A program made the translations under genes and the position numbers. From the NCBI GenBank assembly GCA_951406725.2, contig OX597842.1, positions 16,492,001 through 16,556,000 on the forward strand: a DNA stretch of 64,000 nucleotides, written 5' to 3'. The stretch is from Octopus vulgaris (Eukaryota). This document shows, one piece after another, positions 12,757-25,985 of this stretch; position 1 is the first letter of the stretch; each line of letters starts with the position of its first letter. The notes below the pieces were generated by a model. It was not told the origin of the DNA, made no database searches, and saw only the letters and a program-made list of their open reading frames with translations.

Positions 12757-12980
12757 TATGCAGTAATTTCTTTGCTAGTTTGTCTCTTTGTCTTCTCTCC
12801 TGGTGCTGTATGAACATTTAATGTGGTTCTAGAGTCAAGTTTTGGCTGCTATTTCCAGCATGGAGGTATCTCTTGGATACTCTAAATTATAATTTAAAAT
12901 AATTATTACCTTTGCAGGTTTTTATCCCCAAGCTGGCCACCTGATAAGATCAGTATTTAAATATCAATCTTATCCTTATT

Positions 12981-13120
<140 letters not shown>

Positions 13121-13725
13121 TCTGTCTGTCTCTCTGACTGTCTATCTCTCTCTCTCTCTCTCTCTCTATGTATCTATCTATCTAGCTACCTGTGTGTGTA
13201 TACATAGATATACATACATATATATATATATTGATAGGAAATGTGTATGTGTATATATATGTATAAATAGATATATACACACACACATATATATATAAAT
13301 ATATATATATTGATAGATAGACAAATGGATATATATGTGTGTTTGTGTATATATATATATATAATTAGTTAGATTGATAGATACTCATTATATGAAAGCT
13401 GAACAGCCTCTGGCTGTTCCAGACTGTACACATGATGAAGCCAGAAGCCAAACTCAAAAGTACAAGGTCAACATTCCATGAAATAAACATAACATGGTTC
13501 CTGGTTCAGTCCCACTGCGTGGCACCTTGGGCAAGTGTCTTCAACTATAGCCTCGGGCCGACCAAAGCCTTGTGAGTGGATTTGGCAGACGGAAACTGAA
13601 AGAAGCCCATCGTATATATATATATATATATAAAATATTATTAGAGACAAAACCACTATTTTGCAAAACAAACAAGGAAAGACTTAATCAATACATAAAA
13701 TTTTAATAAATAGTCAAAAAAACCG

Positions 13726-13768
13726 CCACTACAATCGTTTCTTGTCTTGATCGACAATCTTCAGGTGG
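13726..13768 (-). ncRNA. Minimal type-I hammerhead ribozyme motif
   Basis: Minus strand CCAC-CTGAAGA-TTGTC gatcaa GACAA-GAAA-C gatt G-TA^-GTGG: canonical CUGANGA/GAAA core, perfect stems I and II, GUA triplet, very short stem III as in Penelope-associated HHRs. Confidence 0.7.
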
Positions 13769-14163
13769 ACTTCAATCTGATCGACATGTATCATGTGACT
13801 CCAGGTGTCCTCCACGCGGTGCCAGACGGAAGGAGTCAGCTCCTGTAAATTTTCAGTTTCGAATCATTTCGACGAAATTTCTTTCTTTTTCTTCTTTTCT
13901 TTCTTTTTCTTTTTTTTTTAAAGAAAATGTAATATTTTGGGGATATTTGTAAGAATCTTAATCTCAGAAGTCTAATAATATACGTCTTTCAAGATGAATG
14001 CGGTTAAGTCATCCTTCAAAGCGCATTTGATCCATTAAACGCCTGCTCTCGTACATATGAAATCCTGGGAAATTACCACCTTTCAAATATCAACTCGGGA
14101 TAACAGATGAACGAAATAAATCGAAGTTACAATTGGAAATGTTTTAGAGACGGTCCTCTCTGT

Positions 14164-14199
<36 letters not shown>

Positions 14200-14727
14200 G
14201 TGTATATATATATACCGGAGTAAACACATAAATGTGAAACAAGGTGGAAAAAAGAGTACTCAAATACCAGTGGTGGAGTAATATGCTTTATTTAAAGTAG
14301 CAGAAAATTCAACAAAATCTGTTACTCTGAGTTTCCCGTTGCCGTCCATCAGACAGTTTTGAGAAAAATACAAAGTAAATAATTTTTTAAACAAAGTAAA
14401 TAAAACACAAAAAGACAAAGTAAGGATCGACTAGTTATGACTATCTAGTGTGGATGCGAGAGTATGTGAGTGGACGCACCGGGACCACTCTTCTTAAATA
14501 GTGCCCAAAATACACTTCACATTGTTACTCGTTTAACATAAATAAAAAAAAATATAGAAATATGCATCACGCTACTTCAAATTGTTTTCGAATTTTAAGG
14601 TTTTTAAATGAAATATTATTCAAATTTGGTATTTGATAACGATTTATCTGATAACGAGCAAGCTTTAAAATAATAATCAAAAACAATTAAGTTCTGCATT
14701 CGTTTATTGTTTTAACTCAATATTAAT

Positions 14728-15397
14728 CATCATCATCATCATCATCATCATCGTTTAACGTCTGCTTTCTATGCTAGCATGGGTTGGATGTTTTGACTGG
14801 GGTCTTGGAAGCCAGGAGGCTGCACCAGGCTCCAGTCTGATATGGCAGTGTTTCTACAGCTGGATGCCCTTCCTAACGCCAACCATTCCGTGAGTGTAGT
14901 AGGTGCTTTTTACGTACCAGGGGAGGCTGGCAACACCCACGATCGGTTGGTGATTTTACGTGCCACTGGCATGGAAGCCAGTCAAGCTGGCGCTGGCATC
15001 AACCACGTACTGATGGTGCTTTTTATGTGCCAGGGGTGGCTGGTAACAGCCACGATCGGTTGGTGATTTTTATGTGTCACCGATGCAGACGCCAGTTAAG
15101 GCGGCTCTGGCATCGGCCATTTTACATGCCACCGGCACAGGTATTGCAACTACAATTCCCATTTGATTTTTGATACTGATCTACTTGACTCAATAGGTCT
15201 CCTCAAGCACAGCAGGTCACCCTACGATCCAAGGTAAGCACAGCAGGCCATCCAGCGATCCAAGGCACTTTTGAAGGGCTGGGGCTTCTATGTGAAGCTG
15301 GTGCAGGAAACAACCATGAACTCACATTATTTGTTGGGTCTTCGCAGTCACAGCATATCTTCAGAGGTCTCGGTCTTCTGTTATTGCCTCTGTGAGA
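14728..15397 (-). mobile_element. 5'-truncated RTE copy reaching into the ORF C-terminus
   Basis: 15330-15397 is reverse-complementary to ~43405-43470, and the rest matches the LINE 3' UTR and (TGA)n tail. Confidence 0.85.
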
Positions 15398-15651
15398 ATC
15401 CGGAAATTTTTCGTCACACACCTGAGACCTCTTCAGTGACTGTTGCCTTCTTACTCCATTTCTTTGCTTTCCAAATATGAAATTGTTGATCTCTTTGCAG
15501 TTTTAGACGATTTTTCTTTATTTTCAGCTGTGTGTACTATGTTGAATCCACAAGAAGCAAAAGTGAGGAAAATTCCTGTTTTCTTCATTACTTCATCATA
15601 TCAAAAGAATTCAGGAGCATCGGATTGTGGAGGTACGACTCAATGAACAAA

Positions 15652-16151
15652 TCTTTATATATAAAAGTAAGGTTGTGTGTCTGTCTTCTACGATTTAGAT
15701 TCCTAACTACTCCCACATTTTGCGGTGCAGTGTAACCAAAAGCGGGTATCTTATAGTCGTGATTCATATCGAGCCCTTCTGGGTATTAGCGCGTATCTAT
15801 GATGAGTCTACGATTTAAAAAAAAATTTACCATCATTTTATTCCATTTTAATGCATTTTTTCGCCATTATATAAGGGAAGTAACTCTCTAAAAATGTCTA
15901 CGATGAGTCTACGATTTAAAAAAAAATTTACTATCATTTTTTTCCATTTCAATGCATTTTTTTCGCTATTATATAAGGGAAGTAACTCTCTAAAAATGTC
16001 TAAGATTAGTCAACGATTAAAAAAGAAATTTACCATCATTTTTTTTCCATTTTTAATGCATTTTTTTGCTATTTTTTGGCTATAACTCTCCAAAAATGCT
16101 TCTATAGTTATTTCCCTTACAAACCCAAGCAACGCCAGGCGATACTGCTAG
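15652..16151 (+). mobile_element. Non-autonomous Helitron-like element with internal tandem repeats
   Basis: A|TCTTTATATATAAAAG ... aaacccaagcaacgccaggcgatactgCTAG|T. Confidence 0.75.
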
Positions 16152-16519
16152 TTATTGATAAAGCTCTTCCAGTAAATCGCAATGTGCCACCGAAATATTG
16201 CAAGTGTGTTTTTCTTTTCAGCTCCTTCAGTTTTGTTCCATTTGATTTCAAATTTAGTGTATCAATGTAGTTTTGTCTGTTAATTCATCATCATCGTTTA
16301 ACGTCCGTTTTCCGCGCTAGCACGGGTTGGACGGTTTCGACCGGGGTCAGGGGAGCTCGGGACTGCCCCAGGCTCCAGTCTAGTCTGGCAGTGTTTCTAC
16401 AGCTGGATGCCCTTCCTAACGCCAACCACTCCGCGAGTGTAGTGGGTGTTTTTTACGTGCCACCTGCACAGGTGCCAGAGGGGTCTGGCATCGGCCACGT
16501 TCGGATGGTGCTTTTTATG

Positions 16520-17165
16520 GGGGGGGGTGCAGAAATATAGGGGAGCACCAGTGGGAGGGGTGGTTCAGATGACAGGTTCTAGGCAAGTAGAACGTAGGAT
16601 ATCGAGAGAGGGGTAATGCATGGTGAAATAGCGTATTGAAGAGGGGGTTCAAAGAGTAGACACCTATAATGGTGGTGGGGGGTGCAGAAATATAGGGGAG
16701 CACCAGTGGGAGGGGTGGTTCAGGGGACAGGTTCTAGGCAAGTAGAACGTAGGATATCGAGAGAGGGGTAATGCATGGTGAAATAGCGTATTGAAGAGGG
16801 GGTTCAAAGAGTAGACACCTATAATGGTGGTGGGGGGTGCAGAAATATAGGAGAGCACCAGTGGGAGGGGTGAGCACCAGTGGGAGGGGTGGTTCAGAGG
16901 ACAGGTTCTAGGCAAGTAGAACGTAGGATATCGAGAGAGGGGTAATGCATGGTGAATAGCGTATTGAAGAGGGGGTTCAAAGAGTAGACACCTATAATGG
17001 TGGTGGGGGGTGTAGAAATATAGGGGAGCACCAGTGGGAGGGGTGGTTCAGAGGACAGGTTCTAGGCAAGTAGAACGTAGGATATCGAGAGAGGGGTAAT
17101 GCATGGTGAAATAGCTTATTGAAGAGGGGGGTTCAAAGAGTAGACACCTATAATGGTGGTGGGAG
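16520..17165. repeat. G-rich tandem repeat, ~155-bp unit, ~4 copies
   Basis: ggggggtg(c/t)agaaatatagg recurs at about 16523, 16678, 16833 and 17006. Confidence 0.9.
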
Positions 17166-17241
17166 AAACGGCATCCGGTATAGTTGGAGCAAATATAGAG
17201 ATATCCGGTATTGGTGGTGGGGGTGGGTAGGGCGGGCGCGC

Positions 17242-18079
17242 CGCGAAGAATCGGCAGCCAATTTCTAATCAGCCCTGTAAGGGAGATAGATCTTAATATC
17301 TATAACGATAACTAGTGAATTATACAGAATATGCAAAAACGAGGCGAGGCTGAAATAGTAAACAGAGTGGCGACTAGGGGGATCAGAATAATAATAATTA
17401 ATAAATAATAATAATAAATAGAGATACGGATGAATTAAAGTTCAAAGATTTCTTATCTTGAGATCACTTCGTTTACGGACAGACTTGGCAAAAGGAATTC
17501 GGAATCAAGAATGAGGCAGTTTACTAGCTTAAGTATGCATAGCCATGGCGGGTGGTAGGAAGAGAGGAGTCCAGACAGACGACAATGTAAAAAGAGGGGG
17601 AGAGAAGGGAAGAGAAAAACCCCGCGAAGAATCGGCAGCCAATTTCTAATCAGCCCTGTAAGGGAGATAGATCTTAATATCTATAACGATAGCTAGTGAA
17701 TTATACAGAATATGCAAAAACGAGGCGAGGCTGAAATAGTAAACAGAGTGGCGACTAGGGGGATCAGAATAATAATAATTAATAAATAATAATAATAAAT
17801 AGAGATACGGATGAATTAAAGTTCAAAGATTTCTTATCTTGAGATCACTTCGTTTACGGACAGACTTGGCAAAAGGAATTCGGAATCAAGAATGAGGCAG
17901 TTTACTAGCTTAAGTATGCATAGCCATGGCGGGTGGTAGGAAGAGAGGAGTCCAGACAGACGACAATGTAAAAAGAGGGGGAGAGAAGGGAAGAGAAAAA
18001 CCCCGCGAAGAATCGGCAGCCAATTTCTAATCAGCCCTGTAAGGGAGATAGATCTTAATATCTATAACGATAGCTAGTC
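17242..18079. repeat. Tandem repeat, ~380-bp unit, ~2.2 copies, ending at the edge of the inverted duplication
   Basis: cgcgaagaatcggcagccaatttctaatc recurs at about 17243, 17623 and 18004. Confidence 0.9.
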
Positions 18080-18263
18080 ATGAATTGATAAACAGACAGT
18101 TAATAGCTATAAAATTTTTTCAATTCTCAGTTATTTTAGCCAAAAGATGTAGCAGAATTTTGAAAAGACTCTGTTAAACCAATGACAATGATGATAATAT
18201 ATAAAAAATATGGATATAAATTCTTTAAAATCCAACTATGCCAATGCAGTCAGTGAAAGTTTT

Positions 18264-18439
18264 CTAACAGGGCTGCTGAACAGAATAATTTCTCTTCTTC
18301 TTGAGAGAGTTGTAGCCGAAGACAGAGAGTCCGACAAGGATTGCAGCAATGATTACGACAGCAATGATTACGACAGCAATGATTCCGAAAATCTCAAGTG
18401 TACTGTAGGGTCTTGATCCATCATCTTCAGTTTTCGGAT
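18264..18439 (-). CDS. Terminal stalk/TM/cytoplasmic exon of the minus-strand Ig-like receptor locus: (D)PKTEDDGSRPYSTLEIFGIIAVVIIAVVIIAAILVGLSVFGYNSLKKKRNYSVQQPC*
   Basis: Acceptor catcaattgcag|AT in phase 1; long hydrophobic helix then KKKR stop-transfer and stop codon; paralogous to 4757-4902. Confidence 0.8.
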
Positions 18440-19462
18440 CTGCAATTGATGAACAATAAAATATACAGCTACATTTATATATTTGTTTTACAAGAATTTT
18501 GATGTGAAATCGTGTGTTGAAACAGATATTGTTGTATTTCGGAATGGTCATTTTGCCAGTTTAGCCAATAATGACTTACCGTTAGTAAGGAGATACACAA
18601 ATAAGAAAGAAGAAAGCAAAGGACCACTGATGAGGTCACAGGAGTGTGAGGAAAGAACTCTGGCTGAAATAAGATAAAGATTAATGTAAAAAATAAATAA
18701 CACTGAAGCAAAATAACACCAAATATATAGTGCGTGTGTTTTTATTGGCTAAACTGGCAAAATGATCATTCCTAAATACAAAAATATATAGCCTTTGTTT
18801 TCAATAAAAAATAGTAATATCTCCCAAGCTTGACCGTTTTCATATTAACCTATTAAAAAATACTTTCGTTTCTATTATACAAATTCCAGTTTAAAGTGAT
18901 CTAAAGGAAAAGTCCCCATGAAAATTTCCAGTAACACTATGTTGCACACATTAGCTTGGTAATGACAAGGTTATTTTACTAAAATCTTCATAATTTTCAA
19001 AATTTATTCATAAGGTCGGTCGGTCGGAACACCCTTCAGTCACAACACAGACCATGGGATTGCACCTAGAATGTTACCTTCCTAGTCGCAAGTCTGGGCA
19101 AGGTTGTTTGTGGAAAACTAGCAGTTGCCCATGCATACCTGCCTCTCCTCTCCACACCACTGATGTTATCCAAGGGAAAGGCAAAGGGGCCGATACAGCT
19201 TCGCACCAGTGACGTTGCAACTCATTTCTACAGCTGAGTGAATTGGAGCAACGTGGAATAAAGTGTCTCGCTCAAGGACACAACATGCAGCCTGGTCCGG
19301 GATTCAAGCTCACAACCTCACGATCGTAAGCTCGATGCTCTAACCGCTGAGCCATGCACCTTCATACAAAAGCAATGTATTTCAACAGAAATATGGTAAG
19401 GAATAGGTTAACACACACCAGTATCCGAGAGGAGTATATTTAAAAGATTAGCTAATCCCCTT

Positions 19463-20430
19463 CAGATCAGTTCATCATTTAGAAGGGTTATATAGGATAT
19501 GCAAAGTGGATTGACTTTCTTATTCTAGCACAGAAATGCAAGGTCAACAGATCAGTCTATGATTTAGAAGGGTTATATAGGATATGCAAAGGGGTTTGAC
19601 TTTCTTATTCTAGCACAGAAATGCAAGGTCAACAGATCAGTCTATTATTTAGAAGGGTTATATAGGATATGCAAAGGGGTTTGACTTTCTTATTCTAGCA
19701 CAGAAATGCAAGGTCAACAGATCAGTCTATTATTTAGAAGGGTTATATAGGATATGCAAAAGGGATTGACTTTCTTATTCTAGCACAGAAATGCAAGGTC
19801 AACAGATCAGTCCATGCTTTAGAAGGGTTATATAGGATATGCAAAGGGGATTGACTTCGTTATTCTAGCACAGAAATGCAAGGTCAACAGATCAGTCCGT
19901 GATTTAGAAGGGTTATATAGGATATGCAAAGGGGTTTAACTTTCTCATTCTAGCACAGAAATGCAAGGTCAACAGATCAGTCCATGATTTAGAAGGGTTA
20001 TATAGGATATGCAAAGGGGATTGACTTCGTTATTCTAGCACAGAAATGTAAGGTCAACAGTTCAGTCTATGATTTAGAAGGGTTATATAGGATATGCAAA
20101 GGGGTTTGACTTTCTTATTCTAGCACAGAAATGCAAGGTCAACAGATCAGTCCATGATTTAGAAGGGTTATATAGGATATGCAAAGGGGTTTGACTTTCT
20201 TATTCTAGCACAGAAATGCAAGGTCAACAGATCAGTCCATGATTTAGAAGGGTTATATAGGATATGCAAAGGGCTTTGACTTTCTTATTCTAGCACAGAA
20301 ATGCAAGGTCAACAGATCAGTCCATGATTTAGAAGGGTTATATAGGATATGCAAAGGGGATTGACTTTCTTCTTCTAGCACAGAAATGCAAGGTCAACCG
20401 ATCAGTCTATGATTTAGAAGGGTTATATAG
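19463..20430. repeat. Inverted copy of the 85-bp minisatellite, ~11 copies
   Basis: Reverse complement of the 1862-3742 unit, in the same intron position. Confidence 0.95.
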
Positions 20431-20771
20431 CAAAAGCAAACACAGGGCTTCCGTCAATTTTTGCCATTAATAATATTTTTCTCTTCAAATTCAACCTTCA
20501 TGATTAACTGGAAAATGTCACTCATTTCTATAACAATTAAATAGTACAATTGACAGATAATCCTAGGTAATGAAACTAACTAATCCATTCCTCGAACTAT
20601 AAAAATATCCCGCCAGGGATTATTATCAAAACTTATCAATTCAAAACAGAAAAGAAAAACTAAGACAGAAGTAAACCTTGAAATTGTCAAGTTACAAACT
20701 TTGAATTTGTGTAAATATTATGAAAATATTCGTGCAGCTGTTGTTGTTGTTATCATTATTATTATTATTAT

Positions 20772-21062
20772 TCAGTAGTTTTATTTTTATCGCGTGCTTT
20801 CACTTCACTACTGAGTGCAGCTCTGTGTGCCTTGGGTATGTGCTGTGATTTGTTGTTATGCTCTGATGGTTATTGTATGGAAAGTGTTCTGCGTAGGATG
20901 TATGCAGTGCCTAGTAGTGCAATTTTCTGTATGTTATATATGTTTGTAAGTCCTGGTGTTTTTGCTATGTATTTGTCTGAATACTTTTTTATCATGCCTA
21001 ATGCACCAACTATGATAGGAATTGTTTCTGTTTTCAGATTCCACATTCTGGTTACCTCTATT
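20772..21062 (-). mobile_element. 3' end of an R4/Dong-like non-LTR retrotransposon in a (TAA)n tract; a further ~550-bp insert at ~21110-21668 is also flanked by (TAT)n
   Basis: Translation IEVTRMWNLKTETIPIIVGALGMI...IQKIALLGTAYILRRTLSIQ* resembles the C-terminus of RLE-type R4/Dong elements, which are known to target TAA repeats. Confidence 0.7.
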
Positions 21063-22131
21063 TTATTATTATTATTATTATAATTATTATCATCATCATT
21101 ATCATTATTGAGTGAGAGAGCAGTGCATGCCATCAAAGTGACACTGGGGTACAAATATACAAAGCCCAGCATACCCATCATGACTACCTGTCTGATAAGG
21201 GTACACCAGGCACATGCCTCACAACCATATGTGCGCAACATGGTGATCTCATATCAAGATAAACAGCACATGACCTTGCAGGTGGGGCCCAGTTAGAATC
21301 TTCTATGGTCGAGTAACTCATCCCACTCAAAAGGTCCCTGAATAAGGGTTGTTTAAGGATGTTGAACGAATCACCCATATTTCCAAAGGTGAATTATCCA
21401 AGCCTCCAAGAATTCCTTTCAACACACGGCTATGATGTTCTCCCACTACTTCTGCTCGTGATCAGAGATGCACATATCGTCAGCCACCAAGGGACATACT
21501 CAACTGCTTAAGGTAAAAAAAACTGACAAGCAAATCTCTGGTTTTGAGCAGAATATTTGCTGTAGCCCATCTTTTATACCAAGACAAAACAATGTACATG
21601 ATAACACTTGCAATCAGTTAAGATCAGAAGCCATGAGAACCACTGCCTGGGACTGCATCAGGGCATTTATTATTATTATCATTATTATTATTATTATTAA
21701 TAATAATAATTAGGAGGGCAGAGAGGTGGCTGAATTGTTAGCATGCCAGACAAAATGCTTAGCAACATTTTGTCCATCTTTATGTTCTGAGTTCAAAATC
21801 TGCCAAAGTCTACTCTACCTTTCATCCTGCCAGGGTCAATAGAATAATTATTAGTTGAGCACTGGGGTCGATGTAATCAACTTACCCTCTCCCAGCTAAA
21901 ATTGCTGGCTTTGTGCCAAAATTTGAAACCATTGCAGAACCATTGGCATGCCAGGCAAAATGCTTGGCAGCATTTGATACCTGTTTACATTCTGCGCTCA
22001 AATTTCACTGAGGTCAACTTAGCCTTTCACCCTTTACAGGTCAATGAAGTAAGTACTAGTTGGGCATTGGGGGTCGATGTAATAAGCCCCACCCCTGAAA
22101 TTACTAGCATTGTGCCAAAATCTGCAAATTT

Positions 22132-22846
22132 ACTCTTTCGATACCAACCCGGCTCTTTAGTACAAATATTTGGTTTTCATAAGTTCTGAATTAAAATCTT
22201 CCACCAAACCTTAGTCACAATTTATGTTCCCAAAACTAGCTTAATTATAACTAAGTTATTTTACTAAACTCTTTGTTATATTTAACCCTTTTGATACCAA
22301 CCTGGCTGAAACTGCTTCTGGCTCTGTAATACAAATGTCTTGTTTTCATAAGTTTTGAATTAAAATCTTCCACCAAACCTTAGTCACAATTTATGTTCCT
22401 AACACTAGCTTAATGATAACTAAGTTATTTTACTAAATCCTTTGTTATATTTAACCTTTTGATACCAACCTGGCTGAAACCACCTCTGGCTCTGAGTACA
22501 AATGTCTTGTTTTCCTAAGTTTTGAATTAAAATCTTCCACCAAACGTTAGTCACAATTTATGTTCCTAACACTAGCTAAATTATAACCAAGCTATTTTAC
22601 TAAATTCTTTGTTATATTTAACCCTTTTGATACCAACCCGGCTGAAACCACCTCTGGCTCTTTAGTACAAATATTTGGTTTTCAGAAGTTCTGAATTAAA
22701 ATCTTCCACCAAACTTTAGTCACAATTTATGTTCCTAACACTAGCTTAATGATAACTAAGTTATTTTACTAAATTCTTTATTATATTTAAAATAATTGGA
22801 AGAAACACAGAGCAACTGAAAATAAATACAGTAACGAAAGGGTTAA
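22132..22846 (+). mobile_element. piggyBac-like MITE in ~4 tandem partial copies (~168-bp period); other copies at ~39512-39746 and ~51471-52027 (minus)
   Basis: TTAA CCC(t)tt.gatacc... and ...cgaaaGGG TTAA termini. Confidence 0.7.
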
Positions 22847-23202
22847 TATTATTTGAATGGTGGGGGAAAGTTGTGAAAACAGCAAGAGAGAATGATTCCA
22901 CTTTAAGTGCCAAGCTGTGAAGGAGAGGGCACTTACCTTTGGTGTTCAAGGAGATGATTGGGTTCCTCGATTTTACATAAGGGACCTCCTGTATTAGAAG
23001 GATCACATCAATATCATCTATTTTTTATTCTACTGGTGTTTAATTTGTATACGTCCCTTCTTTATTTATTGTTAACCATGTATACTTTCAATTTTTTTAA
23101 TCCTTTCATATATATAAACCCCCCACACATACACCTTAAGTCTATCTTGGTATTGACCTCCTTATCCTTTGCCCTTGTGGCAATTAAAAGAAATCATTAT
23201 TG

Positions 23203-23605
23203 AGAGGCTGTGTGGTAAGTAGCTTCCTTACAAACCACATGGTTCCGGGTTCATTCCCACTGCGTGACACCTTGGGCAAGTGTCTTCTACTATAGCTTCG
23301 GGCTGACCAAAGCCTTGTGAGTTGAATTGGTAGACGGAAACTGAAAGAAGCCCAACGTATATATGTATATATATATATATGTGTGTGTATATGTTTGTGT
23401 GTCTGTGTTTGTCCCCCCAACATCGCTTGACAACTGCTGGTGGTGTGTTTACGTCCCCGTAACTTAGCAGTTCGGCATAAGAGACCGATAGAATAAGTAC
23501 TAGGCTTCCAAGGAATAAGTCCTGGGGCTGATTTGCTTGACTAAAGGTGGTGCTCCAGCATGGCCGTAGTCAAATGACTGAAAGAAGTAAAAGAGTAAAA
23601 GAGTA
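23203..23605 (+). mobile_element. tRNA-headed SINE (main family). Other copies at about 392-520(-), 13490-13625, 24420-24560, 30030-30455, 38089-38497, 47485-47845, 48194-48440, 54052-54225, 58465-58846, 62888-63320(-)
   Basis: ggctgtgtggtaag (A box), ggttc(a)..ccc (B box), central (TA/TG)n, 3' gaaacaagtaaaagagtaaa tail. Confidence 0.85.
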
Positions 23606-24150
23606 ACTATCAGCTGAGTCCATTGTGAAGATGGCCCCTCTACTTTCCTTCAACCAGGAAAGGCAACCAGTTTTTTATATGCTTGAGGCCCAGGGCAAAG
23701 GGGAACATATAGTAGACATTGCTGAAAGGGCTAAAGACCAGCAGTTGTCTTTTTGTCAAAACCTTAATAATCTTTTACAGGTTTCACTTAAAGAGGAAAA
23801 TCAGGATGGAGAGGTAAGTGCTGCCTTCCAATCAGTTTGTTGAAAGGTGGGTGATAGAGGTGAGCATTACCTGCGTGAATGGGCCTTCTCTCAGGGTGTA
23901 CCTGTATATTGGAGAGAAAAGACTAGGAGAGGGCATCCACCCTGGTGGTCAGGGAGACCATGGATTTTGTGGGTTTTCTTTACATGTAGCCCTTGAAAGT
24001 CCCTCCACTCTCAGGGGTTTTACTTTGACTTTGTTTCATTCATTGTATGACTTTTTACATGCTAAAACCCACACTGGACCCTCCCGAATGTTTTCCTTTG
24101 TGTTCGCCCTCTGAGGTTAATAAAGAAATTATTATAAATCATTTCCTTAC

Positions 24151-24399
24151 CTTTTATCTTCAAATGAATGTCAGCAGCATTTTGGTTGTCATCATCAAAT
24201 TCCCAAGTCAAACAATTCTTAGTTACGTCTTTGATAAAAAGAGTCGAAGTATTTCCAACATGTGCCACTTTATAGTAAGGGCCATCAGCGCATGTCCTGT
24301 CACATTCATATTTATAATTGTCGCACTTCCAAAACAACGGTCGTTTCATATTTGGTAATGTTATCGTCATTGTGACGTTTCCATTGTTCACAGCAATTC
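24151..24399 (-). CDS. Ig-like exon B (249 nt, phase 1-1): GIAVNNGNVTMTITLPNMKRPLFWKCDNYKYECDRTCADGPYYKVAHVGNTSTLFIKDVTKNCLTWEFDDDNQNAADIHLKIK
   Basis: Acceptor ctttatttcag|GA, donor AAAG|gtaagg, open frame. GNVT.TI..P, W and STL.I..V patterns resemble Ig strands B, C and E, without the canonical B-F cysteines. The Ig fold is an inference. Confidence 0.75.
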
Positions 24400-24569
24400 C
24401 TGAAATAAAGAAATCGGTTAAGAAGTTTTCTTCACAATCATATGGTTCTGGGTTCAGTCTCACTGCACAGCACCTTGGGAAAGTGTCTTCTACTACAGCC
24501 TCAGCCTTGTGAGTGGATTTGGTAGATGGAAACTGAAAGAATCCTGTCGTGTATATGTATATACATATA

Positions 24570-25985
24570 TGTATATATATCTATAAAATAATATGTTACA
24601 TTACTCAATAGTCAAGATAAAACTCTGAGTTTCAGATGCCGAGGTGGAAATCCACAACACCATCTCTTCGGTTATCTGGCCATTTGAAAAATGCTATGAA
24701 AAAATACCTTTAGATAAAGGGAAATTACTGTATTATAATTCTGCTCGCGAACCCACGTGCGTACTTATACGTCACTATGAAAACGTACACATCTTCACTC
24801 GCATTTTTCGCCAAATATACACGCATATATATACAACCTCATACACACACACATGCGTACCGTAAAAGTTCATACATACGTCTATATACGCACAAGCACA
24901 AGAAAAACCATGGTTAAAGATAACAGAAAAAAAACATAAGGAAGTATACAAAGCATAAAAACCACGTACATATACGGATAAGCCCCTATGCACTCATACA
25001 CACACACGCCCATATATGTACATACCCGCACATATTTATATACGCATACATACACACGCATATACAAAAATTGAATATACATATCTCCACCCGCAAAAAA
25101 AAAATTTTTTAAATACTAAGTAAAAACGTCTATATATATATATACGTGCATTCTTATGCCCGCATACACACACATATCTAAAACTGCCCACTTATACATA
25201 TTCACACACGTGTAGAAATGAACCTATATACACGTCTATATAGGCATAGGAAAAAACGCAGGATAGAAATGTACAGAAAAAATTATTATGCGTGAAAATA
25301 TAAAAAATATATGAAATAATAAAAGGTATAATGAGATGAAAACTTTTTGGGACATAATATAGAAAGCATGTTCTATCTGTTTTCTTTAGGGGACCAAAAA
25401 CCTAACAAAACATGTGTGCGGGCATAAGAATGCACATATATATATAGACGTTTTTACTTAGTATTTAAAAAAAATTTTTTGGGGGGTGGGGTGGGGACAT
25501 ATGTATATTCAATTTTTGTATATGCGTATATAAATATGTGCGGGTATGTACATATATGGGCGTGTGTGTGTATGAGTGCATAGGGGCTTATCCGTATATG
25601 TACGTGGTTTTTATGCTTTGTATACTTCCTTATGTTTTTTTTCTGTTATCTTTAACCATGGTTTTTCTTGTGCTTGTGCGTATATAGACGTATGTATGAA
25701 CTTTTACGGTACACATGTGTGTGTGTATGAGGTTGTATATATATGCGTGTATATTTGGCGAAAAATGCGAGTGAAGATGTGTACGTTTTCATAGTGACGT
25801 ATAAGTACGCACGTGGGTTCGCGAGCAGAGTTATAACACAGTAATTTCCCTTTATATAACGGTATTTTTTCATAGCATTTTTAAATTGGCCAGATAACCA
25901 AAGAGATGGTGTTGTGGATTTCCACTTCGGCATCTGAAACTCAGAGTTTTATCTTGACTATTGAGTAATATAAAATATTACTTAA
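24570..25985. repeat. Long inverted repeat, ~600-bp arms (about 24570-25175 and 25415-25985), ~240-bp spacer
   Basis: The same 72-aa ORF appears at 24775-24993(-) and 25576-25794(+); the arms are reverse complementary by eye. Confidence 0.92.

Noticed and set aside
18210-18416. Plus-strand ORF with SNDYD repeats
   Set aside because: Antisense shadow of the TM exon and its 15-bp duplication.
22937-22988. 52-nt minus-strand exon candidate (tacag|...AAAG|gtaagt) between Ig B and the TM exon
   Set aside because: Length would shift the TM exon out of frame and the region is absent from the plus-strand paralogue; not called without transcript data.
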